This document shows, one piece after another, positions 51,834 to 64,000 of a stretch of 64,000 nucleotides of DNA. A program made the translations under genes and the position numbers. The notes under the pieces are model-generated. The model was not told the origin of the DNA, made no database searches, and saw only the letters and a list, made by a program, of their open reading frames with translations. How positions within the stretch are numbered: the stretch's first letter is position 1; each line of letters opens with the position of its first letter. Source of the stretch: Podarcis vaucheri (lineage: Eukaryota); NCBI GenBank assembly GCA_965113315.1, contig OZ220369.1; one strand, 5' to 3'.

Positions 51834-54800
51834 CTTGGCAAGTTTGGGGGCATCTTGGCATCTCTCTTCCCCACTGCCTTCAACCACACAGGTGGGTTCA
51901 TCAGCATCCTTGCTTTCTCTGGTCATTTTTGAGGTTTCAGTGTCTTGCACAGGTGCTTTTCGCCTAGAAATATCTCTCTTGCTTTCTGGAAACTCTTGGT
52001 CTTGCAGCATCTGTGCCTCTGGCTGCATTTTCTTGTCTTGCATAGAACCAATGTGCCTCATCTCTTCTGCTTCTGCATCCACAGGCACACCTTTGGCAAC
52101 AGCACTTCCATAGTTTCTAGTTAGCTCCTGGACAGCATCCTCTTGTCTGAGCAAAGGCACAGAATGATAATGACTTATTTTGTCCTCTAGGGTCTCTCTG
52201 TTTTGCACAGGTTCTGTCTTGAGTGCAGAAGGCCCTGAGGATTCTGTGCCATCTGCCTTAGTAGGCACATTAGCTTTTGGGACCTTTGAGATAATTGGTT
52301 CTTTGGCCTTTTCTTGAGATACACTTTCTTCCAGATTATCTACCTCTACCAAGGAATCTTGGTAAATTCTAGTCTCTTGCTCTGTTAACTGTCTGGGTGA
52401 ATCTGTCTTTGGGGTAACATTCACTTTCTGATCATCTGTGATGTTTGCTTTAATTCTTTCCTGCTTGTTCTCTTTTCCAAATGTCTGTGGATCTAGTCTC
52501 TCAACCTCCACTTGTTCTCTTGTGGTCTGGCTGCTGGTCACCCTGTCAGATATATTCTCCTGGAATGATTCTAGAACCCCAGAGGCCAACTCCTCCTTGA
52601 TCCTTCTCATAAAAGTTTCCTTGGAATCTGGGGTAGGAGGGGATGGCCTTTCTTGGGAAGAGCCACACACCCTAAGTGGTTCTGCTGGGGCAGCAGACTG
52701 CTTTTTATTCTTTTTTGTTTTCTTCTTCTTGGTGCTTTTTAAGTCAATACTTTCTGAAGTGAGAAGATCCGAGGGTCTTAATTGAGAGCCAGGGCTTGGT
52801 AGTTCAGTCTTGATGTCCGCACAGTGCAGCTCATCGGAGGCCTGTTTCTTGGGCTCTACTACTGCAGGAAGTCCTTCAGAATTTATGAAATCATTTTCTT
52901 CCTCCGTCTGACCTACAGAACTGAGTTTCTTGGGTGCTGACACCTCCAGAGGTTCCAAGTGTACGATACCCTGAGCTTTCTTCTGGAGGACAATGGCTGC
53001 AGCAACACTCTCTTCCTGAGTAAATCTCTTGTCTTGTTCCTGATCCCCATTAATTGTCTGGTTCATCATCACATTCATCCCAAACTTCTCCTCCTGAGAC
53101 ACAATTCCTTCCAATTTCTTTTCAATCACCTGATCGTTTCCTCCTTGCTTTTCCAATTCGCCTTTCAGGAGTTCTTTCCCTCTCAACTTGCTTTTCCTCC
53201 TAATATTTTTTTTCTGGGCTTTAACTTTCAGGGCATCAGCTGGGTCTAACATATAGGCAAGCTCAGGAGCCAGCCTGCCTTCTGCTAAAAACTGACTAGC
53301 CAAACTATCCAGTGCAGTAGGAAAAGGAAAGGAGGCTGGCACTGATTCAACCACTTCTTTTGCCATCTCTTGAATCCCTTTTGAAGAGTTGTTAGTGGCA
53401 TCACCAGTTAGGTTGCTCTCCATAGCTGAAGGCACTGGAGTCTCTTTTTCATCATGATTCTCAGCAGCATATTCACAAACGCCTAACACTTCAGACATGG
53501 AGGTCCCATTTTGCAGCAACAGCTGAGGCTGCTGCTCTTCACGTTCTTCCAGGTTCTCACATTCAGATCTATTGTTGCTTATTGAAACACTTTCTTTAAC
53601 TGTGCTGGCTAACTCCTCACTGACTAAGCCCCTCTCAACGGCCTCTTTTAACGTCACTCGTTCTCCACTCTTAGTACCAATAATTCCTCCAGCCAAGAGC
53701 TGATTAAGAGCAATGGCTTTAGCTGTATCTTTATCTAGCACTTCTCGCTCCAAAGCAGATGCCAGTGTCAACCTTTGGCAAGTCGAAGTCTCCATGATGC
53801 CACCTGTGTCTGCTTGAGCCTGCAACAACCTCAATGCAAGCATGGGGTCTACCTTGCCAAGCTTAACTGCTTGTGGATATGAGAGTACATTCCCAGTCAC
53901 TTCATCTTTGAGGTCTCGAAATGGAACAACTTCCAAGTATCTCTGTCCTGACTCAATGTCAATTTTGCTTTTCCTGACCAGTTCTGGATAGGAGACCAAG
54001 CTACAGCTCTCTGGATCAATTATTGCATGCTTCATTTCAGAGGATGCAATGGCTTTCTCCATAACTGCTTTGGGCAAGAGTCCTTCCTTCACAGCTTTAG
54101 CCAATATAATCTTCTGCCCAGAAACAGGGTCGAATATGCTTCCAGTTGAGGCTTGTATTTCTTGAACATTGTTTTGAAAATCTGAGCTGACTAATCCCAG
54201 GGATACGGCTTGAGGCAAGGGCATAGGTTCCTTTGTTTCTGGATGAATGTACTGATGCAAGCATATACTTTCTGCCTTTGTGAGATCTTCATAGAAGCCT
54301 TGGTCAATCAATCCATGTTCCACAGCATCCTCCACAGAAAGTCTCAAGCCTGTCTTGTGGTGAATAATCCCTCCATCAGCTATCTGCTTGGTCAGGAGTT
54401 GGAAGGCTTTCTCCTTGGCAAGAAATCCCTTTTCCACAACCTGGGTGATTGTCAAAGGTTCTTTAGTTTTAGGATCTAAGATGCCTCCTATTTCAGCCTG
54501 CAAAGTGATTAGCTTCTCTTTGGTTGCATCGTCAGTACCTTTCCCCTTAGATGCTTTCTCTAGTTTCTTAAGATCTTCTTGGGTAGATTGCTGTATGAGG
54601 CCATGGTTAGAAGCCAATGTGACTGACATTTTCTTGCCACGCTTGAAGTCAACAATCCCACCGGTAACAACTTGCCCTTCCAGGATTCGTGCTGCGGTTT
54701 CTTTGTCCAACAGACCAACCTCAGATGCATCCTTGATAGAGAGAATGGTTTTTCGAAGTGGATCTATAACACCACTTATGGCTTGATCAGATGCTAGCAC

Positions 54801-57245
54801 CTTCTGCATAAGTTTCTCATCCATCAGTCCTTCACCAATGACTTCTTCGGTGGTTAATGATTCACAGGTCTCAGCATCAAAGAAGCCACTGAATATTTTC
54901 AACTTGTCCATCAGTTTAATGGCTGTATGGCTGGGTACAACTCCACAGGCAATGGACTCATCTAGGAGCATCTTCTTCCCTGTCTGTTCATGAATTATGC
55001 CACCATCCTGAAGCTGCATCAGCAATATTTTAAGGGTGTTGTCTTCTCCCAAGTCTGTGGACAGTTTTGGGGATGCAGAACTACCAGTTTGATGGAAATG
55101 ATCCATTTTTCCTTCCGTACTCAACAGTTCTTCAATAATATGGTCATCTGTAGATTTCCCTTCAGCTTGATAAAGACTTTCAACTGATTCATTTCTCACT
55201 TTTCTAATACTTAGCCAGTTCTCAGGGTCAGCACCTGCTGCATCTTCTGCTGCAAGAGTGACATTTTCAATAGCATTATCCTTCAAATTTTGAGATTCCT
55301 CTAGTTTCTCCAAATCAACAGTGGATATAACGGTTTCTTTTTCAACAGGATATATTTCAATACCAGTCTCCCACTCTTTGAAAGCCATCTCTTCTGCCTG
55401 CATTTTTGCAAACGTAACATTTTCCCACGAGATCTCCACATCTGTGGATTCCATTTCAAAGCTGGAGTCCTTGATGGATTTGGACTCTGGCAGTTCAATT
55501 TCATCCCTGCTCTGGTTTGTCGTCAGGTTTTGCTCTCTTCTGGAGTCATCCATTTCACTTTTAAGGTCTCCCACAGGATCCACTTCCATCTCTGGCATCT
55601 TTACATTCACACATTCTATTTCTTTCACTGGAAGTTTTCCAATTTCTATTTCAAGTGTTTTGTTAGACGGACAAATTTCTGAGGGCATATATCCTTCAAA
55701 CTCTTCTTTGGACACAGATAAATTAAATTCAAATTTCTTCAAAGCGAATTCATTATGGGGTTTAGTTATTGTCTTCCCGTCCTCAAAATCATCCCATTGT
55801 TGGGGTTGGCTTTCACTAGTTTTTAAGGGATGGGCATTAGATCCATTATCTTGAGCTGCAACAAGCATTTCAGCAAGGTTACTTAACTCCCCATCTACAA
55901 GCAGCAATTTTTGGCCATTGCTGATGTTGACATAGCTGTGAGTCATCAAATGAAACAGTGTCCGTTCTTCGCAGCTTCTTAGTGGACATTTGCTTTGGTT
56001 CTTAACGTCCCCTGGGCTATCTGAGGGGGGGATACTCCTTTCCTGCCTGCTTGGAGAATCTGCAAGGGGCATGTTTGGCATGACATCAGGAAGGCGGATT
56101 GATTTCAGTTTCTCAATGGCATCTCTGTCCAGAATCCCACAATCAGCAGCTTTCTCCCAGGTCAGGATCTCTCTGGTTTGGGGTATGAAAAGTGCCTCAA
56201 TGTGTTGCCGTTTGCTTAGAATCTTATGGGCTAGCTCAGAAGACAAAATGCCCTGCTCCAGGGCATCTGTAACAGGGAGAATCTCACCTGACTTGGGCTG
56301 CAGAAGACCCATAAATGACCAAAGGGATTCTAGAATCACTACAGCAATTCTTGATGCTACTAAGTCTTTCCTCACTGCTTCATCCAGCGAAAGCCTGTCT
56401 CCTGTAACCGTATCTATAATGCCACCTGTCTGCAGCTGTCGGACCAGAAGGGCACAAGCCAGATCTTGGTCAATCAGATTATGTCTTATGGCTTCATCCA
56501 CAGTCAGCCGGTGGCCGCTTTTGGGGTCTACAATGCCACCAGCAAAGAGCTGTGCTTCCAGCAACCTCACAGTCACCTGCTTCTCTATTAGCCCTTCCTG
56601 AACTGCACGGAAGATGCTCACTTTTCGGCCTGAAGTTAAGCTCACCATCCCACCTGCCAGCTGTTTCACTGGGAGCAGCCTCAGTCCTGTCTCCTGGTGA
56701 AGGATGCACTGCTGCATCAGGTTGCTCAAGCTAATTTTCTTGGCTGAGTTGGGGTCAATCAAGTCCTTGCAAGACCTCAGATGGGAAACCAACTTCCCAT
56801 GAAGGCGGGTGGTAATGCTTCCTCTTTGAAGAGCCTCTTGTAAACTGATCCTGCCTTGGCTGGAAGAGTCTATAAACCCGCCAGTGAGAATCTGCACTTC
56901 TGCGATTTTCAGCCCAACGCTTTCACTGATGGTTCCATCTTCCATTGCAGCCACAAGTGGAAGAAGCTGCTTCCCTTTGGCATCTGTGTTGTCTACCAGC
57001 TGGACGGCACTTTGCAGTTCCTCCAGTAGCTTGTAGATCCTGTCGTTTATGATACCTCGTGCCAGGCCTTCAGCCAAAGGGAGCTTTTCACTGGTATTGG
57101 GAACCACAAGGCCAGCTGTGATCACCTGGGCTTCCAGCAGTATAAGGCCTGTTTCTTGGTCTAGGAGACCTTTTTGCATGGCCTCCCAAACAGAAAAGAC
57201 TTCCATCGTGCCAAGGTCCAGCACTCCTGCCACAGTCTCAATCCC
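51834..57245 (-). CDS. MACF1: MACF1 giant plectin-repeat-domain exon D (5,412 nt, 1,804 codons, phase 0-0), MACF1b-type
   Basis: 1857-aa ORF with many plectin repeats (GGIVDPKSGHRLTVDEAIRHNLID, GGIIDTVTGDRLSLDEAV, GGILDPKTKEPLTI); acceptor CTCTTTAG|GGGATTGAG, donor AAG|GTAGGT. Confidence 0.95.
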
Positions 57246-59939
57246 CTAAAGAGAGGGAGGGGAGAGGGGAGAAAGGGGGGGGGAGTTCAAGAACAGAGAA
57301 GCCACTATGAAGGTGTTTGTTAACTATAAAGCACCCCCAAGTCCAATGATGTCTCAGTCTTTTAAGGTACTAGAGAGCAGATTCCCCAATGGATAAGGAT
57401 TTTTCTTGTAAGATTTTGGTTTCGGAAGTTGTTTGGAGCTCAATCTAGCCAGCCATAAGCGGCTACTCTGAGACATTTCGGACACCCATCAAGAGGAGCA
57501 AAGCAGCCAAAGCAGCAAGATGGACCGAGTGGCCAGGATGTTCCACATAAAGATACAAAGACAGATGGGGAAAGAGAGAGAGTGCCATGCACTCACCACC
57601 CTTTGGGCATTTATATATGCAGAAAGAGAGACAGGTTGCACAGAAGAGCCACAAGACAGGGTCACCAACAGGAAGCAAAGCGAAAGGGAGGAGGGGAAGT
57701 GGCACAAGCTTAGCCCCCTCCTCAAGCTTCCCATAAGCTTAATACCCACACACGGGCATGAAAAGTGGCAGACCATGGAAGAAGAGGCAGCCATGCCATT
57801 GAGCTCTTTCCCCTGACCACTTAAATGGCAGCCTCTCACATTTCAGCACAACGTTCACCATCACCATGGTGTTTCAGAAGGCTTCAGAGCCCTGTCTCAT
57901 GACATGTCAAAATCCAGCCTAGAATAAGCAATTACTATGGGCAAGGGGTGGGTGTGTGAAAACACTGGAACCAACTTGAACAGGTATCAAGGTGCAACAA
58001 GGACCTCAGACACTGCTCACACCTACATCTAGCAGTGATTTCCCAACAACATCCCTGAGATTCCTTAGTCTTCTGTGCGGAGGCAGATCATGGAAGACAA
58101 ACTGCTTGAAGGACCCAGCTTGTCTGCCATTAGTCATCTCTCCATCACAATTGCAGTTATAGGAAGGGCAAGCCAGAAGGCGCTTTCGGCTCATTCAGGG
58201 CAACTACTGTATTCTGCAGATGAGATGCTTTAGCTGGTAAACTAATGGTGAAAGGAGGCCAACACATCTCAATCCGTTTCTTCCAAACATAAGCTGGTTT
58301 GCATACGATTCTAAGCCATGATTTGATTAAGCCACAGTTTACTTAACAACCCACCAGTCAACTACAAGTTAACAGATGGTCAAACAAGGCACAATTTATT
58401 CCTCAAAAGTTTGATTTGCTTTCCAACTCCTTGTTGAACGTCTGACTGAAACAAACCACGGCAAAGGAAGGATGCTGAGTTTGCCTGTAACACCAGTCCA
58501 TAGTTATAACAAATCAAGGTTTGTAAGTGAACAATAAACCATGGATTGAAATCATGGATTGTTAGAAGAAAACAAATTAAGCTACTTGGCAGAGTGGGCA
58601 CAAAATGCCAAGTTTAGCACTGTGTGCAAACTAGGTCATAGGCTCATCACAGGAAGTTTTCAAAAGCTGAGCCTAACCCCACCCCCACCCCCACAGGTGA
58701 TGGAGGGAAGGAGCATAACGATACTCCTTTGAGGAGATACAAAAGGGGGGATGTCAGTTCTAAGGATGACAGAATATATGTAGTGGAGACCACAGATATT
58801 TACAGAAATGACTTGAAGTGGCTTACCCAAGGACACTGCAGTTGAGCTTATGGCTATGCTGCAGTTTGAACTAAGAGCCTCCCAATATGCCCAGAACTCT
58901 ATCCCCTAGAGCACACAATGGGAATTTCATGGACTCTTAACCTGCACTTTTGCGCTAAATCAGAAATCTGGTGAAGGTAGTTTAGCTGGGAAAAGGGAGG
59001 GGGTGTAGCACTACGTAGACTTGTGGAATCGCCACACCTTGGCCATCTCCAGCCTGAACTGCACATAAACTCATATTTGGGGGAGTGGTACAGATGCCAT
59101 ATTGGCTGGGGACTGGACTTCACTATGTCCATGGAGGCCTGCTTGCCATCCAGACCATGGGTGCAGCTTGCAGGCAAACAAGCCTGATAAGGCATTCAGA
59201 CTTCCTAAGAAGAGGCTGTGCTCTTTCTGGCTCCAAATTGGCAGAGCTAAGAGGTGGCCCTGACAAAGCTCCAATCCAGGGACCCACTGGAAAGGCCTAC
59301 AAAGCCTTCTTGCACCACAATCAAGACTCCAAACATGCACATCCAGATATTAAAATCAGCAAGAGAAGAAAAGAGAGAGAAAAGAGGGGAAGGACAGGAG
59401 TCATAAAAGGCTTTTTACTTACCAGAGTTGTGGGGTTTGCCGTGAGCAGTGAAAGAAGACAGAGCCTTTATGGAGCAGCTCAGCCGTATGGCACACACAG
59501 TGTAAAAGCTGGGGGGTGTTAGCATCCGGCATGCGACTGTTTGTTTTGCACAAAAAAGTAGAAAGAACAATATCCCCCCCAAAACACACACACCACTTTT
59601 TCTCATTTCCTGAGTGAGGCTTTTGGTGTGACCTCCAGATTGTTAGTTTTAAAAAACGACAACACAAAATTGGAAGCAAGGATGGCAGTTAATCTGAACA
59701 GTAATTCCACATCAACACAAACCAAACAGGGACACATCATGCTCAATGCAGAGAGTTCTGTCATTTTGGTTTTGGCGTGCAGTTTCCCATTGCTTTGAAC
59801 CAGACATTTTCAACCAAGATCTAGAGATTCTTCCATGAGCAAAAAAGGTTTTCAAATGGCTCCCCAAAGGATTTCTACAATTGTGATGCACTCAAACCAA
59901 AGTAAAAGGTAAATCCACACATAAGTGGAGACGTCTAAA

Positions 59940-60084
59940 AGCAGCTTTCACCCTCCTGGTACCCTCCAGATGTTTTGGGCTACAGCCCCATTCACCCCAG
60001 TCAACACAATCACACAGGACTGGGGCTGACGAAAGTTCCAGTCCAAAGCATCTGGAGGGAGCCACATTGGTGACAGCAGGTCTA
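59940..60084. mobile_element. Palindromic MITE, full copy (partial copies also at ~4246, 6529, 14613, 15822, 33856, 46848, 50935, 62522)
   Basis: ccctccagatgttttgggctacagcccc ... gtccaaagcatctggaggg. Confidence 0.75.
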
Positions 60085-61692
60085 CAGCTTCCTTGGGAAA
60101 AATCCATCCCTCTCTGGTCACTCTGCTCCACTCTGGCCTTTCTTCTTTAGACCCCTGCTAGTTCACATGGGTCTCCTGCAGTGGGCAGCCAGAATCAAAG
60201 TGTGCTGGCTCCCAGTGAGTTACAAGAGGGAACAACGTGAACAGATCGGTATGGCCTTTTCCATGGAACCTCCTACCCCTGTACAGCTGGTGCTGCAGGA
60301 AGGCAGATGATATGGTGGTCTTCAGATCAGGGGGCAACTGACATATATCTAAAACAACATCTTAATGCTTCAGTGACAGAAGTGGTTATATTTACTGAAA
60401 TGCTGCCATCCCATACAACCTTTAGCCCAAATACTAAAAAGGGCAACAGGGCTTTCTTCCTGCTTTAATAGGTTCGTTAGTGCTTCAAGACACAGGGAGG
60501 TAGCAAGCGTCAAAACATAACTCCACACAGATATACATATTGCATTGGACACATGAATACCACACTTACGTACATGTAATATACAGAGTATACCCAGGCA
60601 GGACTCCAGAAGAACAAACCAAGAAACACAGATGGGACAGATGTTCAAAGACATTTTTGCCAGAAGGGAGGGTGGCATAAAGTGGAGCTCAGAAGTGTGT
60701 GGAAGAAATGTATGAAATATTTTCTGGCAGTGAAGTATCCGATTATTGGAATAACACAGCACTGTCATCCCATGAGGGTGGGGAGGTGAGGAGGGGGAGA
60801 AAGAGATTTGTTTTCCTCTTGTTTGCTTCAGATTAGAAGAATGCATTATACTTAAGTCAGGTTCTTGGTTCCCTTTGCTGGCTTTTCTGTCCTACGCCAT
60901 GACCTCACTTGCCTCCCTTAGCTTCTCCCCCCAGACCCCCAATCATAACTGTTAGTAGCAGAGCTGGCCCAGCCATTAAAGAGCTACTGGGTCTTGGAAC
61001 AGCCTCTGATCCTTTCTCTCTTTCTATCTCTCTTTTCTTTGCTACCTGCCTACTTACCTGCCCCTGACACCTGAACTCTTCACCTAAACTGGGTCTGCAA
61101 AACTCTAGGCTACTGTAATTTATGCCTTTAAATTCATGCTGAAAACTTCTTTTGCGGCAATGCTGCAAAGCTTATAATGCAATTCATCATCATCACCATA
61201 GGTGAAAGGCATCCTTGGAAATCTCCAGTCCCAGATTACATGGGGAATGCACTCATTTTCAGAGTACTGCTGAACAAACAAGATGGGGTGGCCAAAGTCT
61301 TATATTTTTTCCTAAGAGAATGCATCAGCTAGCAGCTTTCCTCTTCACTTTAGCATGGTTGCAAAGGAACCTGAGTATTCCAATGGCACCGGAGCCCTCC
61401 ATGGGCAAGGAGTCTGACAACCCTAGTCTGTCATCTGCCCAAATCAACAAGTTTATGAAACTCTCTCGTCTCATCCTTCAGAAACCAATTCAGCAAAGGA
61501 GGAACCTCTTCAGAATGCAGAAGATGGGAGAGAATGGGATGGAGCTGACTAATAAGGATTTTCAAAAGCCATCAGGGCTGTGGATGAAGGGACAAGTGCT
61601 GCCAAGAACAGATTCTCTCTCCCACCCCTGGGGAGGGAAAGAAAGAATATCACGAACAGGGGAGGATCCTGGGATGGAGAGAGGAGGGATAC

Positions 61693-61828
61693 CTTATGGG
61701 CAGTCTCCTGGGCCATGTGACTTTGGAGCTGCTGGAGCTGATCAGTGGAGTCAGAGCACAGCTGGTCATAAGTCTTCTTGAGGACATCCAGCTGGGTCAC
61801 AATGTGTTCCTTCTCCTGGGCAGAAAGC
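61693..61828 (-). CDS. MACF1: MACF1 exon C (136 nt, phase 2-0): LSAQEKEHIVTQLDVLK...AQETAHK
   Basis: Acceptor CCTGCAG, donor GTATCC; phase completes exon B. Confidence 0.92.
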
Positions 61829-62318
61829 CTGCAGGTTGGCACATAAGAGACATCTCTTGATATAAACACGGCAATTGTAAAATCCTAAAAGGATGCCTGC
61901 TGAGATCATGGGTTGCAATATAGCTTCAGGCCTGCAATATACTGAGTGGAGGAAGTGGCCAATTTAGCCCTATACAGCTTACTCCAACTGGCAGGCTCCA
62001 GGAATCCTGATGCAGAGGTCAACCCTGGCACCTTATACATTCAAAACATGTGCTGCCTCTGTGATCAAGTCAAAAACACTCCATCAGCAATGACAGCCTG
62101 GAAATTTCCTCCCTAGCTCCTGTGTTTCTACAGGACATCCATTTCAAATTTCCATCTTTGTTTTCTCAGGATGATAGCATAGAACACTCCGAGAAGTTAA
62201 GTGAATTTAAAAATAGGGAAAATGCAAGCTTAAACTCCATCCCCACCCCTTGCAACAACTAAATCGGCAATAAACCAAACAAATTTAATTCTTTCTGACT
62301 GACGTTCTTCCAACTCAC

Positions 62319-62407
62319 TTGTGTCCATGCTTTGCAAGGAAGATCTGAGCAGTTTTGATAGCTTCCGAGACTTGCTCCTGCTTTGTAACCAATTCCTCAT
62401 TTAGAAC
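62319..62407 (-). CDS. MACF1: MACF1 exon B (89 nt, phase 0-2): VLNEELVTKQEQVSEAIKTAQIFLAKHGH(K)
   Basis: Acceptor CTCATCAG, donor GTGAGT; translated by hand, absent from the ORF track. Confidence 0.93.
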
Positions 62408-63163
62408 CTGATGAGAAGAAGGAGAGTACTATGTTCAGCAGGGCAAGAAGGGTGACACATCTCTAAGATCTAGTGACACATGTCCAAGCACTGGAAGAAG
62501 CTCAAGGGCCAGTGACTCAATGCAGCCTTCCCAGCAATATTGGCTGGAACTGATAAGAGTTATAGTCCAAAACATCTGGAGGGCACCAGATCAACACAGA
62601 CTGGACTAGTAAATCCAAATAGATCACTAGTTCCCAGCATCAGAATTAATCAGCTATTGTCTTAAAAAAATTATCAGAAGTTCAAAATAGGTCACAGTTA
62701 TAATTTGGGGATTTAAGAAACCAGTTAATTAGTAAAAAGAATGAACCTCCATTTGGAGTGATATTTGAAGCAGAGGATTCTTTCTGAAGAAAACAGCTTC
62801 AGAGAGAGAAGGGGGAAAACCAGACAAAAATCAGTGACTATTTCCAGAAGGATAGAGGTTTATTCAGGCAAAAGCTCACACAACAGTTTGTTCATTAAGG
62901 CCAGAAGAACAAAAATGAAAAAATAAATCCAACTTCAAGCAAAGCAGAAAATGAACTGAGCCCCTGAGGAAGTGGAGGAGCTCACATGCAGTGGAAATCA
63001 AGACGTTTTCTGCCTTCTTCAAGTGACTGGGAGTTAGCAACCCACCTGGTGATGTCCTACTGCCCACTAGAGAGATAAACCTAGCAGGATTGACCTAGGC
63101 TTAGTCTGGTATTGCTGACACACACATCAAAGGAAGTGAGAGGCACCCCCTGCCCTTACGCAC

Positions 63164-63316
63164 CTGCTGCTCCAAGATGGACTTCTCAATATCTCCGAGC
63201 TCTTTGCCCTTCGGTGGGACACTTTTGAACTGTGCACTCTGTTTGAAACCCATGACCCAGCCCAAGAGTTCCTTCACTTTGTCCACATGCTCTTGCTTCT
63301 CCTCCTCCACAACTTT
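63164..63316 (-). CDS. MACF1: MACF1 exon A (153 nt, phase 0-0): KVVEEEKQEHVDKVKELLGW...ILEQQ
   Basis: Acceptor TTCTTGCAG, donor GTGCGT; frame matches ORF 63101..63379. Confidence 0.93.
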
Positions 63317-64000
63317 CTGCAAGAAGAAAAAAGTAAGAGAGATGGAATATGGCCATATAAATGTATGCAACAAAATCAAATACTTCTTATAGGCATAACA
63401 TGCTAAAAAATGTGCTGGCTCTATGTCAGCAAGCCTTTGCTAGATATTAGCTAAGCTGTTATGCCACGGAATGCTCACAAACATTATCACTTGCTTGGGA
63501 TAGATGTATCAAGAACAAAACACTGACACAGTGTAGATTCTGTGGGTGAAGTGAAAGTTAACCTGGTTGGAGGTTACATACAATGTAAGAATATGGTGTT
63601 GGTGGGGAGGCAGATGGATATGTGTGAACACAGGAGTTTGGGGGAGGGGGGGTTAAATGGGAAAATCTCTGGACAGGGGACTGAAAAACAAGGGCCTAAA
63701 GTATACATAGACAGAAGTGGCAGGTCCTCAAGGAAAAAACTAAATGGCAACTATATTGGGTTAAGGAAGGGCAAGGGAGAGAGATGGTTAGAAAAGAACA
63801 ACTCCTCACATAAAGCTTAGGGAAAGGAATGACTGCAAGTATTAGCAAGAAGCTGATGGTTTTGTGACTCCATGCCAACTAAAGAGCCCTTCTAACTGTT
63901 GCAGCCCTGATGCCTTCAAAGGAAAGGGACTAAAACTTCCAAGATCACATGCGGCAAAACCCACTGCCTAACCCCAGTGGGCCACAATGGATTCACGATG

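Larger units (their letters stand above)
18077..63316 (-). other. MACF1: MACF1/ACF7 spectraplakin gene, internal portion (25 coding exons; gene extends beyond both window ends)
   Basis: Spliced translation gives peptides I recognise as MACF1 rather than DST (KVVEEEKQEHV.., [70 protein letters not shown]). All 24 internal introns are GT-AG with matching phases. Confidence 0.97.

Noticed and set aside
18201-57249. Plus-strand ORFs overlapping MACF1 exons (e.g. 55990..56601, 55321..55854, 37171..37731, 35988..36734)
   Set aside because: Antisense shadows of coding exons; S/L/F-rich with no recognisable domain or splice structure
57463-57588. Hydrophobic ORF end (..HLAALAALLLLMGVRNVSE) as a first exon for exon D
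   Set aside because: The nearby weak donor GA|GTAGCC is phase 2 in this frame, incompatible with phase-0 exon D
61681-61692. Exon C donor GTATCCCT resembles the U12 5' splice site GTATCCTT
   Set aside because: Mismatch at +7, preceded by a U2-type AAG, and no TCCTTAAC branch near the exon D or exon I acceptors
18077-63316. Assignment to the paralogue DST/BPAG1
   Set aside because: Diagnostic peptides ([42 protein letters not shown]) match my recall of MACF1; a reciprocal blastp would confirm

Overview
This is eukaryotic genomic DNA from a squamate reptile, most likely a lacertid lizard, judged from the Sauria/Squam SINEs and CR1/L2 fragments. The whole window lies inside one gene on the minus strand: the spectraplakin MACF1 (ACF7). 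I reconstructed 25 consecutive coding exons between 63316 and 18077. All have GT-AG boundaries and consistent phases, and together they total 11,550 nt (3,850 codons). They encode the end of the plakin region, a 5,412-nt plectin-repeat exon plus four further symmetric exons (the MACF1b-type insert), and then the spectrin-repeat rod up to ...QQLADFK. Positions 1-18076 are the first 18 kb of a long intron with no recognisable MACF1 coding exon. Introns carry SINEs, CR1 and L2 3' ends, a Tc1/mariner-pogo MITE, hAT-like elements and about 13 copies of a palindromic MITE. I see no clearly new biological system. The best leads concern hidden isoform and regulatory architecture: a candidate in-frame internal first exon upstream of the plectin-repeat exon, a candidate alternative terminal exon, an RFX X-box cluster, an SxIP-like motif confined to a 63-nt cassette exon, a rare GAG acceptor, and a candidate OTX/CRX+MAF internal promoter. 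Comparisons to human MACF1 and repeat-family names are from recall, not a database search.
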